Part shown: positions 45,320-59,105 of the stretch, in pieces
How positions within the stretch are numbered: position 1 is the stretch's first letter
Layout: each line of letters starts with the position of its first letter
Origin: the human T2T-CHM13v2.0 reference genome, Homo sapiens
Strand: one strand, 5' to 3'
Length of the DNA stretch: 64,000 bases
Assembly: GCF_009914755.1 (NCBI RefSeq)
Contig: NC_060927.1
Program-made: the position numbers and the translations under genes
The notes under the pieces: generated by a model
What the model was told of the DNA's origin: nothing
What the model saw: only the letters and a program-made list of their open reading frames with translations
Databases searched by the model: none

Positions 45320-47654
45320 TGTATTAATCTGTTTTCACACTGCTAGAAAGAACAACTGAGACTGGGTAATTTATAAAAGAAAAAGGTTTAGTTGACTCAT
45401 GGTTCTGCATGGCTGGGGAGGCATCAGGAAGCTTACAATCATGATGGAAGGCAAAGGGGAAGCAAGGCATGTCTTTTCATACTGGCAGGAGAGACAGCAT
45501 GAGGGCCAGGGGGCTGCCAGACACTTTTAAACCATCACATCTCATGAGAACTCACTCATTATCATGAGAACAGCATGGGGAAGCCACCTCCATGATCCAG
45601 TCACCTCCCACCAGGTCCTTCCCTGACACGTGGAAATTACGATTTGAGATGAGACTTGGGTGGAGACACAGAGCCAAACCATATCATTCTGCCCCGGCTC
45701 TTCCCAAATCTCATGTCCTTTATACATTTCAAAACCAATCATGCCTTCCCAACAGTCCCCCAAAGTCTTAAATCATTCCAGCATTAACTCAAAATTCCAA
45801 GTCCAAAGTCTCATCTGAGATAAGGTAAATCCCTTCCGCCTATAAGCCTGTAAAATCAAAAGCAAGTTAGTTACTTCCAAGATACAATGGGGGTACAGGC
45901 AATGGGTAAATAGACCCATTCCAAATGGGAGAAATTGGCTAAAACAAAGGGACCACAGGCCCCATACAAGTCCAAAACCTGGACAGGCAGTCATTAAATC
46001 TTAAAGTTCCAAAATAATCTCCTTTGACTCCATGTCTCACATTCGGGGCACACTGATGCAAGAGATGGGTTCCCAAGGCCTTGGGCAGCTTCACCCTGTG
46101 GTGTGGTTCTGCAGGATACAGCCCCTGCAGTTGCTTTCCCGGGCTGGCTCTGAGTGCCTGCAGCTTTTCTAGGCACACAGTGCAAGCTGTCGGTGGATCT
46201 ATCCTTCTGGGGTCTGAAGGACAGCGGCCCTCTTCTCACAGCTCCACTAGGCAGTGCCCCAGTGGGGATTCTGTGTGGGAACTCCAACCCCATATTTCCC
46301 TTCTGCATTGCCCTAGCAGAGGTTCTCCATGAGGTCTCCACCCCTACATCAGAATTCTGCCTGGACACCCAGGCATTTCTATCTATCCTCTGAAATCTAG
46401 GTGGAAGTTCCAAAACCTTAACTCTTTTGCACACCTGCAGTCCCAACAACACCTGGAAGCTGCCAAGGCTTGGGGCTTGCACCCTCTGAAGCAATGGCCT
46501 GAGCTGTACATTGACCCCTTATAGCCACAGCTGGAGCAGCTGGAAAACAGGGCACCAAGTCTCAAGGCTGCACAGAGCAGCAGGGCCCTAGGCCATTTTT
46601 CCCTCCAATGCCTCCAGGCCTGTGATGGGAAGAGCTGCTACAAAAATCCCTGACATACCTAGAGACATTTTCCCCATTGTGTTGGCTATTAACATTCAGC
46701 TCCTCCTTACTTATGCCAATTTCTGCAGGAAGCTTGAATTTCTCCCCAGAAAATGGGTTTTTCTTTTCTACCAACATGGTCAGGCTGCACATTTTCCAAA
46801 TTTTTATGCTTTTAAACATAAGCTCCAATTTCAAATCATCTCTTTGTGAATGCATGTAACTGCACATTTCAAGAAAAGCCAGGTCACCTCTTGAATGCTT
46901 TGCTGGTTAGAAATTTCTTCTGTCAGATATCCTAATTCATTTCTCTCAAGTTCAAAGTTCCACATATTTCTATGGCAGGGACAAAATGCTGCTAATCTCT
47001 TTGCTAAAGCATGGTAAGTGCAACCTTTGCTCCAGTTCCCAGTAAGTTACTCATCTCCATCTGAAACTACCTCATTCCAGACTTCTTTCTCCATATCACT
47101 ATCATCATTTTGCTCAAAACCATTCAACAAATCTCTAGGAAGTTCCAAATTATCCTTCATCTTCCTGTCCTCTTCTGAGTGCTCCAAACTGTTCCAACTT
47201 CTGCCTGTTACCCAGTTCCAAAGTGGCTTCCACATTTTCAAGTTATCTTTATAGCAATTCCCCACTGGCCTGGTACCAATTCTCTGTATTAGCCTATTTT
47301 CACACTGTTATAAAGATACTACCTGAGACTGGGTAATTTATAAATGAAAAAGGTTTAATTAACTCACAGTTCCACATGGATGGGAAGGCCTCAGGGAACT
47401 TACAGTCATGGCAGAAAATGAAGGAGAAGCAAGGCACATCTTCTCATGGTGGCAAGCAAGAGAGAGAACATGAGAGAAGAACTGTCAAACAGTTTTAAAC
47501 CATCAAATCTCATGAGAACTTACTCACTGTCATAAGAAAAGCATGGGGGAAACTGCCCCCATGATCCAATCACCTCCCACCAGGTCCCTCTCCTGATACA
47601 TGGTATTACAATTCAAGTGAGATTTGGGTGGAGACACAGAGCCAAACCATATCA
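45320..47654 (-). mobile_element. Complete THE1 (THE1D-like) MaLR element: LTR 45320-~45684, internal region, LTR ~47286-47654
   Basis: Two homologous LTRs (tgtatta...agccaaaccatatca) flank a ~1.6 kb THE1-int. Perfect 5-bp TSD aagtg at 45315 and 47655. Confidence 0.93.
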
Positions 47655-48475
47655 AAGTGTGTAGAAATACAGAGCGGAGAGACATGTAAAAGAGGTAGCC
47701 AAAGAAAAGAGAGGTGAAAAGATCAAAAGAAAGGTAGCATAAGTTCTCAGGTGAGTGGTGATTAAAGAACTGTTTTATTCTTCCTTGGCTTATAGGAAAA
47801 GCTGTTTTATTTTTCCTTGGCTTATAGGAAAAGCTACTTTGGCACACTAAATGGGTCTGACCCACTCATCTCAGCTCTTTATTCAATATTCCTACATATT
47901 ACAGATTTCTTTTTCAGTAATTCAACAGAAGTGTAGCTGTTTTTTTATGACAGTTGCAAAGTAACCAAATAAAATGAAGCCAAGATAAAAAGATAAGAGT
48001 ATACTACTTTCCCTGAGAGAACTGGTAAGTTTTTATGTTATGTGGACAGATGTGGACAGACAAAATGATGGCAGAGTTGACATTCTGATTCCATAAAGAA
48101 GTATGTTCAATAGAAAATAATTAAAACCTACCATACCTAGCTATGGCAAAAAGAATCCTGGGAATCATTTAATTTATTTTACGCATGCAACATGGAATGA
48201 TTAAATCAAGCTAATTAACATATCTATCATTTTATTTCAATCAATAAATAATATATGGGTGAGCAATCAAGGGACATCTTGGTCAGATACCTTAAAACAT
48301 TGTTTTAATCAATGTGTTATTTATTAGGGTTTCCAAAGGCACCAGTTTGAATATGAAAAGAATAACCACCATGGTTATTTCACAGATCACTAATTTGGAC
48401 ACAATACTCCACCCCCTCCTAGAGTCTCAAACACACATAGTATCTTCTAGTAACAGTTTATCTTATTCTCCACAG

Positions 48476-48760
48476 TGCTCCTATATACCTAAATGTGGAA
48501 AAAATTTTGAAGAATCCATGTCCCTGGTGAATGTTGTCATGGAAAACTTCAGGAAGTATCAACACTTCTCCTGCTATTCTGACCCAGAAGGAAACCAGAA
48601 GAGTGTTATCCTAACAAAACTCTACAGTTCCAACGTGCTGTTCCATTCACTCTTCTGGCCAACCTGTATGATGGCTGGGGGTGTGGCAATTGTTGCCATG
48701 GTGAAACTTACACAGTACCTCTCCCTACTATGTGAGAGGATCCAACGGATCAATAGATAA
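48476..48760 (+). CDS. KCNMB2: KCNMB2 terminal coding exon: loop end, TM2 and C-terminus (CSYIPKC...RIQRINR*)
   Basis: Acceptor ttattctccacag|TGC, phase 0. The CSYIP motif is typical of KCNMB subunits. TAA at 48758-48760. Exon lengths 56+171+196+285 = 708 nt = 235 aa plus stop. Confidence 0.97.
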   Translation, partial: CSYIPKCGKNFEESMSLVNVVMENFRKYQHFSCYSDPEGNQKSVILTKLYSSNVLFHSLFWPTCMMAGGVAIVAMVKLTQYLSLLCERIQRINR

Positions 48761-50255
48761 ATGCAAAAATGGATAAAATAATTTTTGTTAAAGCTCAAAT
48801 ACTGTTTTCTTTCATTCTTCACCAAAGAACCTTAAGTTTGTAACGTGCAGTCTGTTATGAGTTCCCTAATATATTCTTATATGTAGAGCAATAATGCAAA
48901 AGCTGTTCTATATGCAAACATGATGTCTTTATTATTCAGGAGAATAAATAACTGTTTTGTGTTGGTTGGTGGTTTTCATAATCTTATTTCTGTACTGGAA
49001 CTAGTACTTTCTTCTCTCATTCCGCCAAAACAGGGCTCAGTTATTCATTTGCCAAGCTTCGTGGAGGAATGTAGGTGACATCAATGTGATAAAGTCTGTG
49101 TTCTGAGTTGTCAGATCTCTTGAAGACAATATTTTTCATCACTTATTGTTTACTAAAGCTACAGCCAAAAATATTTTTTTTTCTTATTCTAAACTGAGCC
49201 CTATAGCAAGTGAAGGGACCAGATTTCCTAATTAAAGGAAGTTAGGTACTTTTCTTGTATTTTTTACCATATCACTGTAAAGAAGAGGGGAAACCCAGCC
49301 AGCTACTTTTTTTCATCACTTTTTATTCATAACTTCAGATTTGTAAAACTAATTTCCAAAATATAAGCTGTTTTCATTAGCCAGTTCTATAATATCTTCC
49401 TGTGATTTATGTAGAAAATGAACACACCCCTTTTCCATTTAAGACCCTGCTACTGTGTGAAGAGATGATACTTACAAGGAGTGTCATTACCTGTGAGCTG
49501 ACTGAATGTTGGTAGGTGCTCCATTACAATCCAGGAAAGTCTGTGTTACTGATATTTGTGTGGAAATCTTTATTTCACTTCAATTTAACCATTAGATGGT
49601 AAAATTAAGATGCTACTTGTTGGTAAAAATTGGTGGACTGGTTTCAATGGGTAAATGTGTTGTGGCAAATTAATGTGTTGGAATATTGCTCTTTGTGAAT
49701 TTGTGCTTAAGTCAATGAATGTGTAGTATCTCCTTCTGACAAGCATTCCCTATTGGGATTTTAAAGCTATGTGCACAGAATATTAGTCTCTTCTACATGT
49801 TTTATTTTTCTATTTATAATTCCCTTTTTTGTTGTTATATTTTATACACAGAATAGATCTTTTTTCTAACACATATTTGAACTGAATAACAGACTTAAAG
49901 AAAGCCTTTGTTCACATTGCTATTTACTTTTGTGTTTGGGGGAAAATACGAGGGATTGATTTTAAATAAAAAACATTCCATCTTTCATTTAATATCAATA
50001 TCAAAAGAAGAAGACAAACATCTATCTTTCTCATCTATATTTAAGTACCTTTTTGTAATGTAGTATCAAAGTTTTTTAGGTAATGCAAAATTTTACAAAT
50101 CATTTGTGGAATGAATGGTAAAACTAATCTGATGAAATGGAAAATTATTCTGCAATATTGTAATTCATAGTTTGACTTTTCATAAGCAAATAAATCCCTA
50201 GGATGTAATCAGGACTTCAAATGTGTAATTAAATTTTTTTAAAAAAAATCTATTA
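48761..50255 (+). other. KCNMB2: KCNMB2 3' UTR (distal end approximate)
   Basis: Repeat-free U-rich sequence after the stop. AATAAA at 48943, 49965 and 50189; ATTAAA at 50228. Confidence 0.7.
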
Positions 50256-50789
50256 AATTGCAAGATTTGAATACTTCTTGCATTCTGAGCTGACAAGCCC
50301 ATGGTAGTCCAAAAATTTGTATTTCAATACCTTTAAAAATATTTTGAGTGATTACAAAGAAAGTTTCTTTTTTTAACACCCAAACACATACACATAATGC
50401 TGTGACCATTTGAAAAATAGGATGAAAAACTCTTTTATTTCTACTCTACTTTAAAACATATAATTCTGAAGATACTAAAGAAATATTTGAGACTATAGAG
50501 CTGAAAATGTGCTGTCTTTAATGTTCCTTAGGCTTCCCTTCGAGTGATCCAAGGGTGAAATATATGTGAGTGAAATTATCAGATGGGTTACTTTATTTTT
50601 ACTTAATTCTGAATTTTCATTAAAAATTCCCAAATAATGTTTAAGATAACAATGTAGAAATTTTTAAATAATGACACCAAAAAGAGATTAACTGCTGCCT
50701 TCTAGAATCCCAACATAGCAACAGCCCCTTCAAGAAATTTAGATATATATACAATTAATGCTCATTATTAAAAGAGAAAGATCTGGGAC

Positions 50790-50950
50790 TAATAATGTTT
50801 TAAATGCTTTGCACATGTTAACTAATTTCATTATTTAACAACTCTGTTGGGCGAGGTATTATTATTATCTCATCCTACAGATGAGAATGTTGAAGCTCAG
50901 AGATGTTAAATAATTTCCCCAAGGCTATGCACATACTAAGATGGTGAAGA
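50790..50950 (-). mobile_element. MIR
   Basis: attattatctcatcctacagatgagaatgttgaagctcagagatgttaa. Confidence 0.7.
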
Positions 50951-53607
50951 GCTAAGAAAACAGTCTGTAGTTTTCCTGCTATGGTGACCATTTCCATGAC
51001 TTTGGCATCTTTTAGATAACACAGGGGGATTCTGAGGCTTGGAAAAGATTACAGGAGTGAAGAAAAAGCATTGAACTGGAAGTCAAAGACTTCATTGGAG
51101 ATACGGTGACTAGATGACTTTAAAGTTCTCAATTAGTCTTTTGACTTCTTTGACTGTAAAATTAGGAGGTGAAGTCAGCTGATCATCAAGGTCCCTTTTA
51201 ACACGAACATTCCATCCTAGGTATGTGGAAAGAGGAATGAATACCATTTGCTAACCTTCAGAGCACAGGTCTGATTCTCAAACAGAATCTGTATATATTA
51301 ATCTATGGATTGAAAAACAGCTTTTCTATTGATATTCCTAGTAAGTCTTTCATTTTTAAGCCCTAAAGCTATATTTCCATCTGCTAGAAGCAGAGCTCTG
51401 ATCTCCATATGATTCATCAAGAATGACTTCCCTAAATGGTATAAACGTCTACACTTCCAAATCACTTTCATTATCCAATTGGCACACCCCATCTAAAACT
51501 TAATTGATTTCAGATTCTCTGAGTTGCAATTGTATTAAAACCCAGGAATGGTAAATGCACCAATGATTGCTTGCAAATAGCTATAATAAATATATGATTC
51601 TGTAGAAAGCTACTGGCAAAACACTAGCTGACACTGGTAATAACAGTGTAGGCAATCATAAAATACCTCTTATGTAGACCACGTGACATGTAGAGTTCCA
51701 GCAGGCTACCGTTTCCCATTGCTGTGAATGACCATGTTGGCCATGCTGTGAATGCATGGCATTTATAAAGCAAATATTATTTTCAGAATGTCAAGCCATA
51801 AATTTCTTACCACATTTCTGTGGGTGAAACATCTTAACACTGTAATCATTCCACTGGCATTAAAAATGAGACCAGCAGGCTAGCAAAACAATATGAGTAA
51901 TTGACTCAAGTGAGTTAAAACAATAATTTTAAAGCAATGGTTTGTTCTAATACAAGCATAGTTAAATTTCCTCCCTCCCCCACCAAAACACTGAAATGAA
52001 CAATGGTTAAGTAAGTAAGGTAGTTCTCATTGTCCGTATAAGGAAGAAGGGATGATTAAAGGGTAGACACTGTTCCTTCTCTTCTTAACTTCTGCTCTTT
52101 TCTCTCTCCCTTGTAAAATAATTTAGTAAGAACAGTCACAGTTCTACAATAACCACTTCGATGTATGGATCATGTAGGAAAGTAGACTCAAGAAATAGTT
52201 TCAGGACTCCCCTGAAAAGTTTGTCAGCATGATATGCACAGCAGGACTGAAGAAATAACTTCTACGTTGAATCTGTTCCACCTTTCCATATTTGAAGTAA
52301 CTGTAAGAAATAATACAAAGTATATAACCCTGCCTTATATTTTAAGAATGCCTTTGTAATCTACTAGATGGGTCAACAAACACACATGAAATTAAAAATA
52401 GAGAACAACAATTAGGTATCCACATGGGTGGGGATAATATTTACAAAGTATTGGTATGGGGCTTAAATGGCTTATGTATGTAAATATCAAGCATTGTATA
52501 CAGCATATAACAGACATAATAGTAAATAACAGTAGCTATTATAATTAATAATAAATGTACAAGTCGTATTAGTATACCCACTAGTAGTATATAATCTCTT
52601 GGAGCTAGAATAGCTCTAAAATGTCATTTTGCCCAAAACGCACATCAACAAATTCCTTCTATAGATTTTAAGCAGGAATCATCTAGCAATAGGAATGGTT
52701 ACTACCTGAATCCTGCCAGTGATAGGACAGGTCACCACTTAATGCTAACATGTTTTCCTCATAACAAGTTGAAGTCTGTCTCCCTGTAATATCTACCCAC
52801 CAAATCTATACAATAAAATCAATACTCCTGCACTGACTTATTTTATTAGTGTTATTTTATTGAAATGAAGGAGGGGATGGGGAAGAGCAATTTCCATTTG
52901 TCTCAAACATAAGACCATGAAAAATAACCCATTCAGACAGAATTATGACATAAAGGGAAATTTATGAAGGTGGCACAAAGGACATCAGTTTTAAAAGATT
53001 AAGAATATATCCATTAGAACCCAAATATTCATGTATGAGTTAAACTGATGAACTAGCTAACTCCTTCTGATGTCTATGTTGGTTTTAATCCTGTACCACC
53101 TCTTAAGTATGATTCGGCCTTCTGAAAAGTAACATTGCTGAAACTCTGCATTATGTTCTAACTCAATCTGATGACAACCAGACTCAGATTACTTAAGAGC
53201 ATAGCTGTGCTCCTAACAAAATATTACTACAGCTGCCATGGGTTTGTCTTGGCTAAGGCACTATGAATTCTGCAGTGCAATACCAAAGAATTGGAAGAAA
53301 ATGTCAGTCTGTGAATTCCCGTTGTGACTTTGTGATAAGTGTTTCATTGAGGTGGAAAAAGAAGTCATTCTCTCAAACAATATAATCACTTAACTAGGGT
53401 TTCCAGAACTGCTTTTTTAACCTTAAAACAAATTTAATCTCCAAGCCCTTGCAAGTTGTAGTATGACTTGTTACCAGCATAGTATATGAAGAGACCACAG
53501 AGAAAGCTTCAAAGTCCTCTATACCCTCCACACAACTTCACCAACTAGCATATTAGCAATACTAAAAATTTCTTTAGGTAGCAGACACAACTTATCTTCA
53601 TAAAATC

Positions 53608-53632
53608 CTCTCTCTCTCTCTCTCTCTCTCTC
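53608..53632. repeat. (CT)12 microsatellite
   Basis: Seen directly. Confidence 0.92.
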
Positions 53633-56256
53633 ACTCAGATTTTTTCCTTCTTTTGATTGCACTTTTAATCACATACCAGCAAAGATAATCTCCAGCAACT
53701 ACATGTTCACAAAATCCCTATTTCTATAGTTACAGAAGGAGAAAACCCCAGTATTAATATCAGTCCTCACAAAAGCCAGATCTCTTTGTATCTGCTGTCC
53801 ACTACTGGGCCCACCAGTATGGCTCAGAGGATAGTAAACTCTTTGGGGCCAGACCTATAGCATGGCATTACATGCCCGCTTCTGTAATGATGGAGGCAGG
53901 GCATGTGATTATCTGCCACACTAAGTGGAAGTCAGATAATTCCTCAAAGGTCAACTGGTGTATGTAAAGAACAGAAGAAGGGATGCTGGGCAAGTAAGAA
54001 CAGCAGATGTCCACTACTGGAAATGTGAAAAAAAAAACTCACGCCAGAGTCTTGTCCCAAAATCTTCTCCCAGATTTTGGTTGAAGGTCCCACATATATG
54101 GGAAGGAAAGCAAGTATTACTGAAAGCGTAAAAGAGCGAAAGAACCAGTGCTCAAAATTTACTTTGCAATTTTTACATGCATGAGTCACTCAGTAATCTC
54201 ATACAATTTAAAAGGAGGGAAAAGCATTTCCGATTTTCACTAAGTGAAAGATGCAGGAATATTTTTATTTTAGCAGAAGACAAGAAGTTCCCTTAGAAAA
54301 AGATAGTAGGGGGCAACTGATATAATAAGAGTTTATAGGAAACAAAAACTAGTTTAAGAGAAAGGAAGGGAGTGATAATATGTGAGGAATCATTCAGAAT
54401 TTTAAAACTCTAATTTAAGCAACCATTACTATTCATGAGATACTAAGGAATTTCTCTGCATTTTTCTTAAGGCTGTTGTCCCTTGCGTTGAGTAGTACCT
54501 ATTTGGTCTAGCACAGATTCAATTGCCCTGTTACCTGCTTATTTTGGAGTAAATCAACTTTAAGGAGCATGAAGAAGATGAAGGAATGAATTCTCCTTCT
54601 CCCTACCTCTTAGTTTTTTTCTGACATCATAACATTTAAGAAAGTGAGTCCTCCTTGGACCATCCAGTGATATTTCTTATCACAGATAAATCAACAGAAA
54701 GCATTACTTACCCCACCTACCATCTGCAACACTGTGGTTATTTCAACACCTCATCATCCATGTGATAACCTCATGTAAGGTCTGCCCAAACCCATCAGCC
54801 TCCTCTAGTTGGACAATCATCAAATCTCAACCCTTTTACTTGCTGCATTAAAATTCTAGCAGTTTCTACCAGGCAGCTGCAAACCCTGACACTTAGTTCC
54901 TTCTCATGGTGAGCAAATAAAATAGGCCCTCCCCGTGCCTTCTGGAGCACGGCAGAAGTATCATTTTGGAACAATTGACAGTGTCTGTCTCTAACCAAAA
55001 GCATTCAGCTGCTGTAGCTAACATCTAGCAATACTGAGAAGAAAACAGGGAGTTCAGACTGGGGACTGATGTAAAATAGGTCCCTTCCTTTCTATCAGTT
55101 GTGACAGATGCAGAATTTGGTGCCAATTCTACATTTAGGTCCATCTCCAGAAAGTCATAATCAGCTGTGAAGTTTCAGCATTCCTAGAAAAAGTGAATGC
55201 TGTAAATATAGCTCAGGTATCTGCCAACAGAAATTCCAGGAGCCAGATCTAGGCTGGTCAGTCGGGGCCACTTGTTACGGATTGGTTTTCTGCTAACACT
55301 AACAGAGGCTTTCCCTTTTCCAATTCTCAATTTCTTTGAAAATGTCACACTATCTGGCTGAGTAAATAACCCTTTGAATACTAACAATCCTCAAGTTCAC
55401 CTGGCAAACATCCAAGACTGTTTAGAAGATTTCACTTGGTATGTTTGAGAAGCCACATGTCCAAATTATCCAACGATGAAAATACACAACTGTCTCCTCT
55501 CTTAAGAAGGAAGTCTTTTAATAGTTGAGTAGCCTCAAAAACTCCTGGCATTAACCACCAAAATTGATTTGCAAAAATCCCATGGGGAACCGGAACAAAG
55601 GGACACTTTGCAAGACCAGGGAAAGCCAGCAAGTTACTCTACCTCTGATATCACTGTAGTCCAAGATCCCTGAAAAGCAGCCACTGGAAAATTAAAAGCT
55701 ATCTTCATGTGGTCATTCTTGCCATTTTCATTTTTGTTTTATGGGAAGCAGTAAGTCAAACCCAGCCCAAACCCTTGCATTTGCAGGCATCAAAGCAAGC
55801 TAAAAGGAGGAGATTTCTCATTCAGCAAGGGACTGCAGAGCAGCCTTTATTAAGGAAGACTTACACTCCTAAGAAAAACTAGTAACGTTTTGCTGCTGCT
55901 GATGACTTGGATTGTGGAGGCAACTGGCCCTTCAAGTCTATTTCCCACTGTCACTTTATACCTCAGCCATTCCAGTCAAAGGCCATCCCCAATGTTCCAA
56001 ATTTTCTCACACCTCTGGGCTTTTGCACTTACTGTTTCCTCTGTTTCAACCTTCTCTGATCTCCCTTCTCTCCACTTGGCTAACTCCTACTCATCCTTTA
56101 AAGTTTAGCTCAAACCTCACCTGCACCAAGAGGTGATTCCTAACCTCCTGTGTCCCAGGCTAGCTGCCTATCTTCTATGTTTCACAAACACCCTGTTGCA
56201 GTGCCTCCAAACTCTTAGTTTACACTCTTAAAAATAATAATAATTATATATCCTAC

Positions 56257-56599
56257 TGTATTCGTCTGTTTTCATGCTGCTAATAAGGGCATACTCGAGG
56301 CTGAGTAATTTATAAAGGAAAGAGATTTAATTGACTCAGTTCCAAATGGCTAGGGAGGCCTCACAATCATGGCAGAAAATGAAGCAAGAGCAAAGGGACA
56401 TCTTACGCAGTGACAGGCAAGCGAGCTTGTGCAGGGGAACTCCCATTTACAAAAACATCAGCCCTCGTGACACTTATTCACTACCTCGAGAACAGTATGA
56501 GGGAAACCACCCCCACGATTCAATTATCTCCACTTGGCCCCACCCTTGATACGTGGGGATTATTACAATTCAAGGTGAGATTTGGGTGGGGATATATCA
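56257..56599 (-). mobile_element. THE1-type solo LTR
   Basis: tgtattcgtctgttttcatgctgctaataa...ggtgagatttgggtgggg...atatca. Confidence 0.88.
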
Positions 56600-57555
56600 T
56601 TATTATTTTTTAAGAATGTACACTAAGAGTCTGGAGATAAAGTAGAAAGATGTTCATAGCATGTTTCACAATAAAAGATTCTTAAGGCAAGTTTCATCTC
56701 TCCTATAGTTTTTCCTAGGACCGGCCCCAGCCTTAGCTCTGCCAAATGGAATCTCATAACTAAGATCAGTTCTGGGAAGATTTAAAAGCATCCAAATCAG
56801 AGGAATGTGGATGAGGTGTCAAGAGACTAATGTGGGTTTTTATCACTTGCTCCCAGTTCCTTTCAGGGAGCAACCTCTGAGGAGGATTCCCATCCACTCC
56901 CCCAAATGGTGAAAGAAGGGATTTGGTCCCAGTGTTGAATCTCATCTAGCATGTCTGAAATCCCAGAAACTGCCTGTTAACATAGAGGCATGAGGCTGAG
57001 CAAGGAAGTGTCTGAGTTTAGAAAATTCAGAGTCACCCAAAAAGAAAACAAGAGGTACGGAGAGAGATGCAGATAAGCAGTAGAGAATGAATATATACAT
57101 TAGAACCAGGGTTGTTAGCAACAGGGCTACATGCAAAAGTGCCAGAAACGGAACCCAAGTTCCTCTGTTTCTTTCCCCAGAAAAGAGTCAAGAAACTGGG
57201 CTCTGATTAAACACACACTCTACGTATATTCACACTTTTATGCGAGGATTTTCCAGCATTTATTTTAACTTCAGATTAAGGACCTAAACATGAGCTATCA
57301 ATTCAGAAAGTGAAAATATTATTTATCCTTTACTTTCTCCAATTGCTAGCAAATCGGAAAAAGTACGACTATTACCTGATATATGGCTTAATGTTATTAT
57401 ACCGGAAACATTTTTATTCTCCTAAAAAGAAAAGATGACTGTAGATGACCAACATTTTCTTCATATGGTGAAACACTTTCTGCTCTCACAAAAATAATTT
57501 GAATACTCAGAAAGTCTGATGTGGTGGGAAAAGGGCCATAGTGTTTCAGAAGTCT

Positions 57556-57561
<6 letters not shown>

Positions 57562-57613
<52 letters not shown>
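57562..57613. repeat. (AC)26 microsatellite
   Basis: Seen directly. Confidence 0.95.
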
Positions 57614-57616
<3 letters not shown>

Positions 57617-58892
57617 CTGGAAGAAATGGCTTATTCAAGTTTTTCACCAGGCAGGCCACATCCACAGCCTAAATGAGTTGCAGCTGCTCTGTTCTAGACA
57701 CATTGAAGAGGGTGAAAGTAGGGGACAGAAGTTTCAGAAACTGTCCCTTCTTGTAAGTAAGTCATGATTGATTACTATCATAATTAAAATATAGAATAAG
57801 AAAACTCTGATGTTCAAAGAAAAGGATCAGGATAGTGATGTTTTTCTGCCTAAAAGGAAATCACTAATGATCCAGACATCAGTATAATTGACTGGAAATT
57901 AAATAAAACAGCAACAAGCTGAAAAACACATCAGGGAGTGTCATACCATAATCGGGGATCATTTTTCCCACCACTACTTAACATAAGCTTCAAGAGGTGG
58001 GAAAGTGAATTGCCAGGCCCCTTTCTGCTTTCTGTGGGTTCCAGCAACTCCTTTAGTCTGTTCAGCTGAGTTCTGGCATTGACTGCCACAGGGTTGGAAC
58101 GAGGACCTGACTCACTTATACGTATTTGACATTGTCAGGATTTTTTCCCCAAATAAATAAAATATGCCACAAATCATGTATTTTTTTAATGTCACAGTTT
58201 GTCACATAATAAGGCCTCTTCTGTAACATTTTTTCAAATGTCAGTGTCATTTCCTGGGCAAATAACAGAGGGAAGTAGGTTTTCTAACATCTTGGCCAAA
58301 ACTGGTTGAGTTCCAAGGTGGCTCTGTGTCAGGGTCCTTTCCTGACGTGACTTATGGTACTATTTGGAGAGTGCTTTCCTCAGATCATAAAAGGTGGACA
58401 AGAAAAACCTCGGAAAGATTTGCTGTAGGCATTCAGGATGTCCACTGAATAAATGTGAATTATTACAGCCTAAAACTTAATTCTATAGAGTAAGGTTGGA
58501 TGCTTAGCACATGGTCAAAAATAATGAAAAGGGAGACAACCATGGTGACAGGTGATGTAGAAATAAATGGACCGAGAAAAATGCACCAGTATTAGCTGAG
58601 CCTCTGAGAATTCACCTGCAAGGAAAGCACTCCCTTGAAAAATGGGATTGTCATCTATGCCTAGGTCCAATCATTGAGTTAAATATATGTCCAGTTATCA
58701 GTAAATAAGCATAAATTACAGAAAAGAACATTACACATCATGTTATGGCATATGCCAGGTTTCTACAATACAATACAGATTATATATATAAAACATAAAG
58801 AAAAATACAATACCTTCTCTTAAAAAGAAACTTTCCTAGAGAATACCTAAATCACTCAACACAGGCATGCAAACATATTTTGAGATGTCACC

Positions 58893-59105
58893 AGTGTGGT
58901 GGGATGGGAAGGACACTGGACTTGGAGCCAGTAGATCTAGCCTTTATCTCAGCTCTTTCCCATCTCCAGCTAAGGAAGTAAGTTTTCTAACCTCTCTCAC
59001 GTCTCAGCTTTCTCCTTTACAAGATGATGATGAAAATAATATCTTTCATCCTCATCTTAGATGATTATCATGAAAATTAAATGAGATAATATGCTTGAAA
59101 ATATA
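58893..59105 (+). mobile_element. MIR
   Basis: taacctctctcacgtctcagctttctc...aaaattaaatgagataatatg. Confidence 0.7.

Noticed and set aside
45542-47265. Dense overlapping ORFs up to 166 aa
   Set aside because: All lie within THE1 LTR/internal sequence and are fragmented.
48314-48475. Open frame extending 54 codons upstream of the last exon, with an ATG at 48353
   Set aside because: KCNMB-like sequence begins exactly at the acceptor at 48476. The extension is most likely a chance stop-free intronic frame.
53796-54020. 13-mer tgtccactactgg repeated 212 bp apart, loosely CTCF-like
   Set aside because: Compatible with chance in a 64-kb window, and a poor match to the CTCF consensus.
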